Shown here in pieces: positions 19,481 through 28,866 of a DNA stretch of 64,000 nucleotides. The position numbers and the translations under genes were made by a program. Location: IMG/VR virus record IMGVR_UViG_2593339207_000001, one strand, 5' to 3'. The DNA is from a virus. Position 1 is the first letter of the stretch; each line of letters opens with the position of its first letter. The notes beneath the pieces were generated by a model. The model was not told where the DNA came from. It was given only the letters and a program-made list of their open reading frames with translations, and made no database searches.

Positions 19481-19512
19481 TTACTTACCGGAAGGCATGG
19501 CGAGGTGTCGGA
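19481..19512 (-). promoter_or_regulatory. Class-1 promoter-like motif upstream of gpD
   Basis: TCCGACA-N13-TCCGGTAAGTAA. Confidence 0.8.
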
Positions 19513-19516
19513 CGCT

Positions 19517-19807
19517 TCAGTCGAGCAGGCGCATCTGGACGTGTTCGCGGGAGGGAATGCGCAGCGCCAGACCCGGCTCGAGCGCCAACGGGAAAAAGAT
19601 GTCGTTGTAGTCGCAGATGATCCACCAGAGCCGGGCATCACCCAGATAGCGGTGCGCGAGCAGATCCAAACGGTCGCCCTCGACGACGGTGTGCAGGCGG
19701 TCGTCATATCTCGGAGTAGTGTCGATGCGCTGGCGCATGCCGAGGGAAGTGCCGTCGCTGTCCCGGTAGAGAACGCAGCGGGCGTAGCGGGAATCACGGC
19801 CGATCAT
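19517..19807 (-). CDS. LysM / tail protein X-like baseplate protein
   Basis: HTVVEGDRLDLLAHRYLGDARLWWIICDYN. Confidence 0.85.
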   Translation of the reverse strand: MIGRDSRYARCVLYRDSDGTSLGMRQRIDTTPRYDDRLHTVVEGDRLDLLAHRYLGDARLWWIICDYNDIFFPLALEPGLALRIPSREHVQMRLLD

Positions 19808-20274
19808 GAGCGCACCTCCGACCAGTTGATGGACCGATCCACATATTCCTCGAGGACGATGTCCACCTCGGCCCGTTGCGGCAGCAGGTTGTCCCGGTCG
19901 AACAGGCCGAAGAAACGCGCCTTCACCTGCCGGACGATGCAGGTCACGCCCGGGTAGAGATCTCCGAAAATCAGCAGCACACGGTGCGGCGCGTTCTTGA
20001 GCATGGTTCCGGCGTGTTCCGGATATTGCAGCGAGCGGAGCCAGTCGACCTTCTGTTTCACCGGCCCCTTGAACAGCTCGACCTTGAAGGCGATCCGGCG
20101 CGGTTCCCCGGCGACGTATTGGTAGCGCGGGTGGCTCATGCCGGGGATCTTGATCGTCGCGTAGTCGGTCGACTTCTCGTCGCTGATGGAGTTGGGGTTG
20201 TACTGGAATTCGAGCCGCTCCCCCGTGTCGGCGTCCACCAGATATCCCTTGATGGGCTGTTGATCCCAGGCCAT
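19804..20274 (-). CDS. Tail tube initiator (CIS tube-like)
   Basis: LEFQYNPNSISDEKS...PRYQYVAGEPRRIAF. Confidence 0.8.
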   Translation of the reverse strand: MAWDQQPIKGYLVDADTGERLEFQYNPNSISDEKSTDYATIKIPGMSHPRYQYVAGEPRRIAFKVELFKGPVKQKVDWLRSLQYPEHAGTMLKNAPHRVLLIFGDLYPGVTCIVRQVKARFFGLFDRDNLLPQRAEVDIVLEEYVDRSINWSEVRS

Positions 20275-20277
20275 TGC

Positions 20278-20589
20278 TTACACCTCGGCGATCTCGATGA
20301 TCGGCTTGCCCAGTTGTCCGGCCCGGTCGAGTTCCAGCCGCATGCCGCTGGAAATGCCGTTGCCGGTGAACGCCCACACCTCGTCGCAACATTCCATGTA
20401 GGCCAGGCCGCAGGCGATGCCAGTCTCCCGCTGCTCGGGAACGCTGTCATCGGTAAAGGTCGGATACAACAGGTGCGGCGCGAACGGCGCGTGACCGCGT
20501 CTCATGACCCGACGGCAAAGCGCCTCGGCGACCCTGACGTTTCGGGTTATGTCGCCCGCGAACGGGCTGCAGACAAAGATGCGTTTCAT
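20278..20589 (-). CDS. DUF4406-like protein (nucleoside deoxyribosyltransferase-like fold)
   Basis: IFVCSPFAG...PFAPHLLY...CDEVWAF...SSGMRLE. Confidence 0.75.
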   Translation of the reverse strand: MKRIFVCSPFAGDITRNVRVAEALCRRVMRRGHAPFAPHLLYPTFTDDSVPEQRETGIACGLAYMECCDEVWAFTGNGISSGMRLELDRAGQLGKPIIEIAEV

Positions 20590-20597
20590 CGGTCCTC

Positions 20598-23500
20598 TCA
20601 CAGGGTTTCGTAGTTTCTGATCTTCCGCTCCCGCAGGTCCTTGTAGACGGCCTCGGCCACCTTCCGGCCATCGATGTTGGTGGTCACGCTCAGTTCCACC
20701 GGTCGGTCGGCCAAGCCATTGAGGCGCGAGAGCAGCGATTCCAGCAGTTCGCGCAGCCCCGGACCGGCTTCCTCTCCGCGCATGGGTGTCGCGGGAGCGG
20801 TGCGAGCCGGAGCGATCAACCGCTCGGAAGGCACCGTCTCGGCGAGTCCCGATTGCAGGGGCTTCGCTATCGGAGTCGGCGCGGTTGTCTTGGGCCGCTC
20901 GATCCCGGCCGGAGCCAGAGAAGCACTTCCGATTTCCGGTGCCGGTTCCACCGCATACGGCTGGATGTAGCTCTTACTTACCGGCTCGACGGCCGCCGCG
21001 ACGGTCTGCACGGTGCCGTTCATCGGTTGTGGGGGTGGCGCGGCCTTGGCCATGACTGGCTGGAGCATCAGCATGGCGCTCAGGGCCTTGGGCACCAGGC
21101 GTTCGTCCAGACGCGGAACGAGACTGAGCACGCTTTCGATGATGCGTTGCCCAATCGATTCGGCGGGCTGCGCGGTCTTGAGCGGTTGTTTCTGCTCGGC
21201 CACCTGCGGGACCGGGGTCTGGACTCCCAGCATGGCGCGAGCGGAGGAGAGCAAACCGTTGGCGATCCCAGTACTTCTATCCTTGATCGCCTGAATGCCC
21301 GCGCTCGCGCCGCTGGAAAGCCTTTGCCAGAGGGTTTGCCCCTCGGCACCGGCGTTGGTAAAGATTCGACCGACAGCGCCGGGCACGGCCGACAGCGTGG
21401 CAACGATCCGGTCGCGGAGATTGACGGCTCCCGTGGCCAGCGCGTCCCAGGTATTGGCTTGGGGCGGTTTGATCGCCAGCTCGGGCGTGTCGCCAAACAG
21501 GGATTGTTTGAGACCTCCGAAAATGGTACCAGCCTTGGCCGCGACGGTTTGAGCCCCGGAGGTCAACCCATCCCAGAGTTTTCCGGCCATGCGGAAGGGA
21601 GCTGAGGCGGCGTCCATGAGGTTGCCGCCCGCCGTTTTGATCTGCTGCCACGCTCCCGCAGCGGCCGAGAGAATTCCGCGAGCGGCGAAGCCGAACACTT
21701 TCGCGGGCAGCGTCTGGGTAAGGCTCATGCCGTCGGCGAGGGTCTTGAGCAGCGCGGAACCGGAGGCGGTCAGGCTGGCGAGTGGTCCCTCGCGGGCATC
21801 GGAGAACGGCAGCAGATTGCGCAGCTTGCCCAGGGCGTTCTTGAGCATGGTGACGGGATAGGTCACCGCCGACCAGATCCCTTCGCCCAGGGTGATCAGC
21901 AGCTTTTTGCCCGCCTCGAAGAAGGTGGTGTCCCCGGCGAAGAAAGAGCGCACGGTGGCAAACAGCTCCCGCAGTGTGCTGATGATCGGCAGATTCAGAA
22001 TCGCCTGGCCGATCTGTCCGGCGGCGTCGGCCACCAGGCGTCCGATGGAGGTAAAGATGCCGGAAATGAAATCCCAGACACCGACCATCACATCCCGCGC
22101 CCAGCGGAACGGGGTGGCAAGAAAATCGTAGACCGCACCGCCGATGGCCTTGAGCCCGTCCAGCAGGGAGATGTCACCGGTCAGCACCTGCCAGACCGCA
22201 TAGACGATCTTCCCGGCGGCCATGAAGGCCTCGCCGATCATGCGCACGGGCAACAGGAACTTGTAGATGAACTTGGTCGCTCCGATCAGGGACCCGACGA
22301 TGGCCTTGCCGACCCAGACCACGCTGCGCACCACCACCGCCAGGGCTCGGACGATGAGCGACAGGTTCCAGGCCACGATCTTCAGCGCGAATGCCAGCCC
22401 CTGCAGAAGCACACCGGCGACGGTGCCGATAACCGTGCCGAAGGTGCGCCAGGACGACCCATCGGTGGCGCTGGCGGCCACGCCGAAGATTTCCACCACT
22501 GAAAAGACCGCGCTGGCCAGCGCCGCGTAGGCACTCATCAGGGTGCGGACGGTCGGTTCGAGGATGGCGCGGATGCGGCCAAAGGCATGGGAGAACGCGC
22601 CCCACAATCCGGCCAGGGCCTCACGAACGCGGTAATAGGCTTTGAAGACGGTGACCACGAAGCCCAGCAGTCCGGCGGATTCGAGCTTCTGGGCCAGTTC
22701 GGCCGACATCTGCCCGACGCCGCCGCTGAGCGAACCCACCAGCTCTCTGATCCCCTGGAAGACCAGCGAGACCTTGTTCCAGGCCCCGGTGATGATCTCC
22801 TGAATGCCGCCGAAGTTGGTTTCCCAGGCGCGTTTGAGCAGATACACCGAGAGGATCACGCCCGCGATGATCGCGGTGACGGGCAGAAAATAGGTCGCGA
22901 CCGCCGAACCCACCCCGGCCAGCGCGGCGCTGATGGCCACGAACCCGGCCTTGATGGCGGGAAGCATGAGTCCCACCATGCCCACGGCGGCGGTGACGGC
23001 TCCGGCCACGACCAGAATGGTGCCGAGGGCCATGGACAGCCCCAGTACCACTCGGGTCACGCCCGGCATCGATTTGGCCATGCGTTGCAGGAATAGAATG
23101 AAGCGGGAGACGCCGTTGATCACCGGCGTGACCACCGGCAGCAGAGTGCGGCCCAGGATTTCGCTGAGGTTGGCCATCTGCTGGCGCAGAAGCAGGAACC
23201 GGGCTCCGATGTCCTGGTTCATGGCGTCGGCCATCTGTTCGGTGACCGCCGTGCCTGTCTTCATGGCCCGGCCTACCGACTGGATATTGCCTTCGAGGCT
23301 CTCCATGCCCGCCGACATCTGCAGCAGGAACTTGACCGCCTCGTCGGAGCCGAAGGCCTTCTTCAGCTTCACCTGGGCGGCGGCGTTGGAGAGGTCGGGG
23401 AACTGGCGCTTGATCTCTTGCAGGATAGGAACCACGCCCTTGAGGCGGCCGCTGGTGTCGGTGAAGGACAGCCCCAGCTCGTCCCCGGCCTCGGCCGCCT

Positions 23501-24233
23501 TCATGATGAACGCCTTGTACAGCGTGCCCGCCTCGGAGCCGGGCATGGTGGTCTGGAGCTGGCCGAGCACGGCGAGCTGTTCGTTCAGGGGAATGTTGCT
23601 CGCCGCCGCCACCGCGCCGATGTTCTTGATGGCGTCGGCCATCTGGGTGCCATTGGTCTTGAACGAGGCCACGGTCTGCGCCATGGCTCCGGAAAAGGCG
23701 GTCGCCCATTCCATGTCGTTCATGTCGGCCATGATGGGCTTGAAGATCCCGTAGGCCGTGGTGAAGGTGCCGACCATTTCCTGGGTGGTGGCCTTGGTCG
23801 CCTTGGCCGTCATGGCTGCCATGGAGGTGAAGACGCCCACCGCCTCGTCGCTTAGGTTGGACAGGGCCGATTTCACATCGTAGGTGGCGGTGATGAAGGC
23901 GGCCTTGTCGGCACCGGACCATTGGTTGGTGAAGGATTCTGCGGCGTCCTCGATGGCCCGGAGGTCCTGCACGCCAAGGGACGCCAGCTCGCCCAAGGCC
24001 TTCTGGGTCGCGGCGGTGGAGGCGACCAGTGCGGCGGGCACGGCCATCAGGGCCAATCCAGCCCCCAGCATCATGGTGCCTTGCTGGATGCGATCCAGAT
24101 TGCAGGTCATCCGCTCGCTGGCATCGGCCACGGTGGAGTCCAGATCCATCATGGAACCACGGACGCGCTGCGCGTTCTGCGAAAACGCATCCTTCATCGA
24201 TACCACTATGCCCAGTCCGAGATCGCCGTTCAT
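20598..24233 (-). CDS. Tape measure protein (TP901 family)
   Basis: 1211 aa, Ala/Gly-rich; GSEAGTLYKA and FGSDEAV motifs; follows the tail chaperones. Confidence 0.92.
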   Translation of the reverse strand: MNGDLGLGIVVSMKDAFSQNAQRVRGSMMDLDSTVADASERMTCNLDRIQQGTMMLGAGLALMAVPAALVASTAATQKALGELASLGVQDLRAIEDAAESFTNQWSGADKAAFITATYDVKSALSNLSDEAVGVFTSMAAMTAKATKATTQEMVGTFTTAYGIFKPIMADMNDMEWATAFSGAMAQTVASFKTNGTQMADAIKNIGAVAAASNIPLNEQLAVLGQLQTTMPGSEAGTLYKAFIMKAAEAGDELGLSFTDTSGRLKGVVPILQEIKRQFPDLSNAAAQVKLKKAFGSDEAVKFLLQMSAGMESLEGNIQSVGRAMKTGTAVTEQMADAMNQDIGARFLLLRQQMANLSEILGRTLLPVVTPVINGVSRFILFLQRMAKSMPGVTRVVLGLSMALGTILVVAGAVTAAVGMVGLMLPAIKAGFVAISAALAGVGSAVATYFLPVTAIIAGVILSVYLLKRAWETNFGGIQEIITGAWNKVSLVFQGIRELVGSLSGGVGQMSAELAQKLESAGLLGFVVTVFKAYYRVREALAGLWGAFSHAFGRIRAILEPTVRTLMSAYAALASAVFSVVEIFGVAASATDGSSWRTFGTVIGTVAGVLLQGLAFALKIVAWNLSLIVRALAVVVRSVVWVGKAIVGSLIGATKFIYKFLLPVRMIGEAFMAAGKIVYAVWQVLTGDISLLDGLKAIGGAVYDFLATPFRWARDVMVGVWDFISGIFTSIGRLVADAAGQIGQAILNLPIISTLRELFATVRSFFAGDTTFFEAGKKLLITLGEGIWSAVTYPVTMLKNALGKLRNLLPFSDAREGPLASLTASGSALLKTLADGMSLTQTLPAKVFGFAARGILSAAAGAWQQIKTAGGNLMDAASAPFRMAGKLWDGLTSGAQTVAAKAGTIFGGLKQSLFGDTPELAIKPPQANTWDALATGAVNLRDRIVATLSAVPGAVGRIFTNAGAEGQTLWQRLSSGASAGIQAIKDRSTGIANGLLSSARAMLGVQTPVPQVAEQKQPLKTAQPAESIGQRIIESVLSLVPRLDERLVPKALSAMLMLQPVMAKAAPPPQPMNGTVQTVAAAVEPVSKSYIQPYAVEPAPEIGSASLAPAGIERPKTTAPTPIAKPLQSGLAETVPSERLIAPARTAPATPMRGEEAGPGLRELLESLLSRLNGLADRPVELSVTTNIDGRKVAEAVYKDLRERKIRNYETL
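20974..21005 (-). promoter_or_regulatory. Degenerate class-1 motif inside the tape measure gene
   Basis: ACCGTCG-N13-GCCGGTAAGTAA with correct spacing. Confidence 0.4.
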
Positions 24234-24404
24234 CTATCGCCGTTCCGTTTGCTCACGTTCAAAATCAAGTTGCCGCTCGAGGGCCTCGACGAACTGACGC
24301 CGGACCCTGAGCGGTAGCGAGCGGGTTTCCAACCAGCCCCAGTGCAGTCCGCCGTAAGCGAGAAAGAATGCGTCGCTTACAAGCGAACTCCGGGGAACAA
24401 AAAA
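24234..24404 (-). CDS. -1 frame extension of the tail chaperone (GT-like)
   Basis: Open -1 frame FFVPRSSLVSDAFFLAYGGLHW...RR* ends directly before the TMP ATG. Confidence 0.75.
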   Translation of the reverse strand, partial: FFVPRSSLVSDAFFLAYGGLHWGWLETRSLPLRVRRQFVEALERQLDFEREQTERR

Positions 24405-25054
24405 GCCGGTTCGGCCTCCAGGCGGGTACGGATCTTGGTGCCGCAGCCATCGCATTCGGTCTCGACCGAGGTGTCGATTCCCGCGTCGACCCGCGACATC
24501 TCCTGCCGCAGCGCGTTGCGGTCGCGCATCGACATTTCCGCCAGGCTCTTCTTGGAGGGAGCCTTGCCGTCGATGTCGAGGACGCGGATGAGCATGGCCG
24601 AGGTGATGTTGGGCTCGCGCAGGCTGGCCAGACGCTTTTCCTTGTGGCCGTCGAGATATCCGAAGCGCACGGTTTTTTTCGAGCCGGGCAGCTTGAAAGC
24701 GAACTCGCGCTCCTCGCCGTAGGGGGTGACCTTGAGATCCTCGAGATTGATGGTCACAAAGTTGCTCATGCGGCAGGCGCTGTTCGGGCAGCTCAGCTCC
24801 AGTTCAACCTCGTCGCCGAGGGAAATCTGGCGCAGGCGGACCAGGGCGAACAACCGGTCACCCGAGAGCAGGTTCATCACCTCGGAAAGATCGGGGTCGG
24901 TCTTCTCGCCCAGCCGGACGAAACAGTTGCGGAGCACCTGGTTGATCGCCTCTCCGGAACGGATCAGGCGCTGGTTGGTAAGCAGTTCTTCCTCGGCCCC
25001 GGTCATTTCCCGAAGCTCGAGTTCAGTGCCGCTTGGCAGTTCAAAGCTGTACAT
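24377..25054 (-). CDS. Tail assembly chaperone (G-like)
   Basis: Between tube and tape measure genes; LLSGDRLFALVRLRQIS, two CxxC-like pairs. Confidence 0.8.
   Translation of the reverse strand: MYSFELPSGTELELREMTGAEEELLTNQRLIRSGEAINQVLRNCFVRLGEKTDPDLSEVMNLLSGDRLFALVRLRQISLGDEVELELSCPNSACRMSNFVTINLEDLKVTPYGEEREFAFKLPGSKKTVRFGYLDGHKEKRLASLREPNITSAMLIRVLDIDGKAPSKKSLAEMSMRDRNALRQEMSRVDAGIDTSVETECDGCGTKIRTRLEAEPAFLFPGVRL
24398..24404 (-). other. Programmed -1 ribosomal frameshift slippery site T TTT TTG
   Basis: GCT TTT TTG in the zero frame near the chaperone 3' end. Confidence 0.8.
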
Positions 25055-25069
25055 GGTCGATCCTCCGGT

Positions 25070-25531
25070 TTAGGTCCAGTATTGGAAGCAGATGGTGAGC
25101 TTCTCGATGGTGTTCTCGGTGTTGCCGCCCTCGAGCTCGTCGTATTCGAGCGCCTTCACCCAGGCCCCGTGCAGGGTCCAGCGGCGGGTCTCGTTGCCGG
25201 TGCGGTCGTAGCGGACAACGTCGATGTCGCGCATGTAGTCGGCCGGAAGACCGCCGGTGACGGCGTTCACGTCCACCTGTTTCTTGATCCATTCGCGTGC
25301 CGCCTCGTCGGAGCCGTCCTGCAGGGTGCCTTTCTCGAGGGTGATGTCCTCGAACTTGACCCGCCCCGCCACCTTTTGGTCGAACATCGAACCGGCCGGG
25401 GCAAAGGCCACTTCCTCGAATTCGGTTTTTGGCTCCTGTCCCTTGTGGAACAGGGCCACGTCGAAGCCATTTACCTCGATGGCGAATTGCCAGTTCTGGT
25501 AAAGGCTCTTGGGCATGTTTCCGCTTCTCAT
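25070..25531 (-). CDS. Tail tube protein (T4 gp19-like)
   Basis: KVAGRVKFEDITLEKG...RDIDVVRYD...WTLHGAWVKALEYDELEGG. Confidence 0.93.
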   Translation of the reverse strand: MRSGNMPKSLYQNWQFAIEVNGFDVALFHKGQEPKTEFEEVAFAPAGSMFDQKVAGRVKFEDITLEKGTLQDGSDEAAREWIKKQVDVNAVTGGLPADYMRDIDVVRYDRTGNETRRWTLHGAWVKALEYDELEGGNTENTIEKLTICFQYWT

Positions 25532-25546
25532 AGCCGTGTTCTCCCG

Positions 25547-27076
25547 TTAGATGATTTCTTTGAAGTCCGCAGAGGTAGCGGTCAGGATGAAGTTCAGCTC
25601 GATGAACTCCGCCGTCTTGGTCGGCTTGACGAACACGCGGGCCACCATTTCGTTGCGGTCGATGACCGCCGGGGTATTGGTCTCCTCGTCGCACTGGAAG
25701 GCGAAGTCGTAGAGGCCGCCCTTGTCCTTGATGTCCTGCAGGAAGGGGTTGATCAGGCGGCCGAGGGCACGCCAGGTCTGGGGATGGTTCGGCTCGAACA
25801 CCACGAAGCGGGAGGATTCCGAGATGGCTTCCTCCATGAACATCATCAGACGGCGGACGTTGATGCGGTCCACGGCCGAGGGCTGGCTTTGCAGCGTCTT
25901 CTGGCCCCAAATGTTGATGCCGGTGTCGGGGAACACGGCGATGACGTTGACCCCTTCCGGATAGAGCACATCGCGCTCGCCACGGCTGGTCTTGTAGGCC
26001 AGGGAGAGCGTGTTGAAGATGCGGCCACGGTCGATACCGGCGGGCGCGTTCCAGACGTTGGTCTTCTGGTCGCTGCGGGCGATGCATCCCGCCACCGCGC
26101 CGCAGGGCGGCACCAGCTTCTTGCGCGAGTTGACCGGATCGCTGATCTCCAGCCAGGGGTAGTAAAGCGCCGCGTAGGAGGAGTTGAAGGCCGCGTGGCT
26201 GTACAGCCCTTGTCCCTTGCGGAAGTCGACCGCTTCGAGCGGCTCCAGGTGCATGGGCGTGTCGGCGATGAACAGCAGATCCTTGCGCCCCTCGGCATAG
26301 GCGATTCCGGCGTTGATCACCGGCACTGTGGTGACGCCGGGGACCATCAGCAGGTTCAGGGCGTCGATCTCGTCAAAGCCATAGAGGCCGGTATGCTGCG
26401 AGGGATCGCCGATGAAGTCCGCATCGGCCAGATCGGTCAGACCATTGTCGCCGCCGCTGAGCGTGAACACGCCCAATGCCGGACGGTCGCTGGGCGTTCC
26501 CATTGCTGCGGCCAGATCCTGGACCAAGATGAAATCCGAGCGGTCGTTGATCGCCAGCTCCACATGGTTCGGCAGCGTCTCGTCCATGCTCAGATCCTTG
26601 AGCACCTCGACCACATCGCCTTTGTGCCGGACCACCAGGTTGAAATGGTTGGCCGGATCGAGAGAACCGTCCTCGATGGAGATGGAGAGTCGGTCGCCCC
26701 AGACGCCTTCGTTCACTGCTTCTATCCGCAGGGTGTCGGCGGGCGTGGCCTCCCGGTTCTGGAGGACGACGGATGCCTTGAGCGCCGTCAGTGTGTCCCG
26801 GTCGGTGGGGTCGGTGAGATGGGCGATGCGGGTGACGTAGAGGACCGAGCCGCCGTTGTCGAAAAACGCCCGTGCGGCGTAGGCCAGATAGCTTTCATTG
26901 ATGTAGGAGCCGAAACGGTTGATGAACTGTTCCCAGCTCGTCACCAGCACGGGCTTGTTGATCGGGCCTTTCTCGGCCACTCCGACCATGGCGGCCATTG
27001 ATGTCGAGATCTGCTTCACATAGAAACTGAAGTCCGTTTCCCGGGTGTAAATCCCGGGCGATAGATAGGTCGGCAT
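25547..27076 (-). CDS. Contractile tail sheath protein
   Basis: MPTYLSPGIYTRE...AALYYPWL...VWNAPAG...INVRRL...FVVFEPN...KTAEFI. Confidence 0.96.
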   Translation of the reverse strand: MPTYLSPGIYTRETDFSFYVKQISTSMAAMVGVAEKGPINKPVLVTSWEQFINRFGSYINESYLAYAARAFFDNGGSVLYVTRIAHLTDPTDRDTLTALKASVVLQNREATPADTLRIEAVNEGVWGDRLSISIEDGSLDPANHFNLVVRHKGDVVEVLKDLSMDETLPNHVELAINDRSDFILVQDLAAAMGTPSDRPALGVFTLSGGDNGLTDLADADFIGDPSQHTGLYGFDEIDALNLLMVPGVTTVPVINAGIAYAEGRKDLLFIADTPMHLEPLEAVDFRKGQGLYSHAAFNSSYAALYYPWLEISDPVNSRKKLVPPCGAVAGCIARSDQKTNVWNAPAGIDRGRIFNTLSLAYKTSRGERDVLYPEGVNVIAVFPDTGINIWGQKTLQSQPSAVDRINVRRLMMFMEEAISESSRFVVFEPNHPQTWRALGRLINPFLQDIKDKGGLYDFAFQCDEETNTPAVIDRNEMVARVFVKPTKTAEFIELNFILTATSADFKEII

Positions 27077-27078
27077 GG

Positions 27079-27336
27079 TTATTTCCTCCGCTTGCTGGTG
27101 GTCTTGGCCTCATCGTTTCCGGCGTCCTCGGTTGCCGTGGGCTTTTCCGGTTCCGGTTCCGCGCCGCCGGTCAGGTCGGTGATGCGCACCAGGCCGCGTT
27201 TTCCGGCGGTCTTGATCTCGGCGGAGAGGTCCTTGCGGGCGATGCTCTTGCGCTCTCGCGGCCCGAGGTGGAGAGTTCCCTGGCCGGAGAGGTTGAACGT
27301 CAGGGGTTGGAACTGCAGGTTTCTGATCTCGATCAC
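27079..27336 (-). CDS. Small hypothetical tail-associated protein
   Basis: 85 aa with RBS, upstream of sheath. Confidence 0.7.
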   Translation of the reverse strand: MIEIRNLQFQPLTFNLSGQGTLHLGPRERKSIARKDLSAEIKTAGKRGLVRITDLTGGAEPEPEKPTATEDAGNDEAKTTSKRRK

Positions 27337-27348
27337 GGTAGTTCTCCT

Positions 27349-27972
27349 TTACGGTTGAATGGTTCGTTGCTCTGTCACGTCGCCGTAACCAACCGGCAGG
27401 ACAGCCGGTTGGCACGACCGAAGGTCGCCCCGCAGGGGTGGAGCACAGGGATGTGCGACATGAAACTGGAAGGTCCGGTCCCGGATCAGCCGACCGTCGC
27501 GCAGGTCGCCGTCGTACACCGGGCAGGATTCGATGCGGATGCGTCCGGAGCTTTGCCGGAGGTTGGAGAGGTTCACTCGGGCCAGGCCGCCCAGAGGAAC
27601 CAGTTCGGTAAGGTTCAGGCTGCCCTGGTCGGCGATGGCGATCTCCGGGTAAAGCTGGAGGAACCGCGATACCGACTCGTGAAAACCGAGCAGTTCGGCC
27701 TCCCGATCCACGGTTACCACCAGGTCGAAATCGAGGTGATAGAGCCGGGGAAGCCGGCACTCCTCGAAACTCAGCTCCGCGACATTCTTCTCGAACAGGC
27801 GGCTCTGGCTGCGGCGGAAACGGTCTTCCGTCAGCTTCGGCCCCTGGAGGATGACGCTGGGGGTACGCTGGACCTCGAACAGGTCATCCGGGAACACCAG
27901 CACGGTGTCCGGGTGGATGGCCTGCTTGGCCAGGCGGATCAGGGTTTCTGTGACGGTCTGTATCGTGCTCAA
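27349..27972 (-). CDS. Tail terminator / sheath terminator-like protein
   Basis: Position before sheath; PSVILQGP, LYHLDFDLVVT; carries a 25-aa repeat-derived insert. Confidence 0.6.
   Translation of the reverse strand: MSTIQTVTETLIRLAKQAIHPDTVLVFPDDLFEVQRTPSVILQGPKLTEDRFRRSQSRLFEKNVAELSFEECRLPRLYHLDFDLVVTVDREAELLGFHESVSRFLQLYPEIAIADQGSLNLTELVPLGGLARVNLSNLRQSSGRIRIESCPVYDGDLRDGRLIRDRTFQFHVAHPCAPPLRGDLRSCQPAVLPVGYGDVTEQRTIQP
27387..27460 (+). repeat. Multi-hairpin palindromic element copy C (antisense, in frame in its host gene)
   Basis: CCAACCGGC-AGGACA-GCCGGTTGG, CGACC-GAA-GGTCG, CCCC-GCA-GGGG, GCACA-GGGA-TGTGC. Confidence 0.75.
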
Positions 27973-27996
27973 GGGACGCCTCCGTTTTCTGCCTGG

Positions 27997-28028
27997 TTAC
28001 TTACCGGAAGCGCTGGCGATGTGTCGGA
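27997..28028 (-). promoter_or_regulatory. Class-1 promoter-like motif upstream of the terminator/sheath genes
   Basis: TCCGACA-N13-TCCGGTAAGTAA. Confidence 0.8.
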
Positions 28029-28031
28029 GGC

Positions 28032-28517
28032 TCAAAGCGCGGAGCGGATCGCCTCGCGATAGTTCTGGAGGATCTGCTCGCGGTACTTCTCCATCACCGG
28101 ATGCAGAAATGGTCTGGCGGGGATGATGATGGTCGCGCCGCTCGGATGTTTGATGGTGGCCCCGTACTCCATGACGGCACCGATGTTCACCATGTCTTCC
28201 CCGTCCTTGTTGACGGTGCCGCGCAGCAGGCCGACGAACGCCTTGTCGGTCATGATCTTCTGGGTGATGGCGTTGACGAGAAAGCCAGTGTCGATGAGCG
28301 CCTTGCTTGAGCCTTTGCGCTCGATGGTGCTTTCGGCGAGTTTCACGAAGGCCTGTCCGCCCGGGGCCTGGGAGCGAATCCCCCGCTGAATCTCACGCAC
28401 CAGAAAAAGGGCGTTGCGGATCGTGGCCTGACGCAGGGCCGTGGCCAGGCGCGGCCCCATGCCGGTGGTCAGCTTGGCGCGGGCCTTGTCCCAGTCACCG
28501 GTTCGCCTAACGCCCAT
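28032..28517 (-). CDS. Virion morphogenesis / tail completion protein
   Basis: LAESTIERKGSSKALIDTG...IPARPFL. Confidence 0.85.
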   Translation of the reverse strand: MGVRRTGDWDKARAKLTTGMGPRLATALRQATIRNALFLVREIQRGIRSQAPGGQAFVKLAESTIERKGSSKALIDTGFLVNAITQKIMTDKAFVGLLRGTVNKDGEDMVNIGAVMEYGATIKHPSGATIIIPARPFLHPVMEKYREQILQNYREAIRSAL

Positions 28518-28866
28518 TGAGCTTCACCAGTTGCAGGTTCTTGTGAGTGACGGTGCCGAAGAAGTGTTCTTCTTCCACACTCTGTATGCGATAGGTTTCC
28601 CGGTCTGCGTCCAGGCGGTCTTCACCCCGGACGTCGGCATCCGGAAGGACGCAGGCGAGCGCATCGATCTTGCCGCTCAGCTCCTCCGGCGGGGTTTCGT
28701 TCAGTTCGAGGGGGATGACAGAAACTTCTGAGTATTCGGCATCATCGGTGCCGTAGAGCCGCTCGCCGGGAACCACGCGCAGGATGCGTGCAGTCTGGCC
28801 CGAGGAGAGGATCAGCCGGGCGACGTCGGCCACGGCTTCGGCGCGTTCCCGGTCATTCAACAACAT
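28507..28866 (-). CDS. Head closure / stopper-like protein
   Basis: Size and neck-module position; C-terminal DRL..DRETYRIQSV pattern. Confidence 0.6.
   Translation of the reverse strand: MLLNDRERAEAVADVARLILSSGQTARILRVVPGERLYGTDDAEYSEVSVIPLELNETPPEELSGKIDALACVLPDADVRGEDRLDADRETYRIQSVEEEHFFGTVTHKNLQLVKLNGR

Noticed and set aside
24368-27001. Long plus-strand ORFs (also 3049..4773, 31621..33384, 36390..38285 and similar)
   Set aside because: Antisense shadows of real genes, expected from GC-rich codon bias
15695-27076. Type VI secretion system or stand-alone tailocin/eCIS
   Set aside because: No membrane complex or ClpV; a full head, portal and terminase set is present
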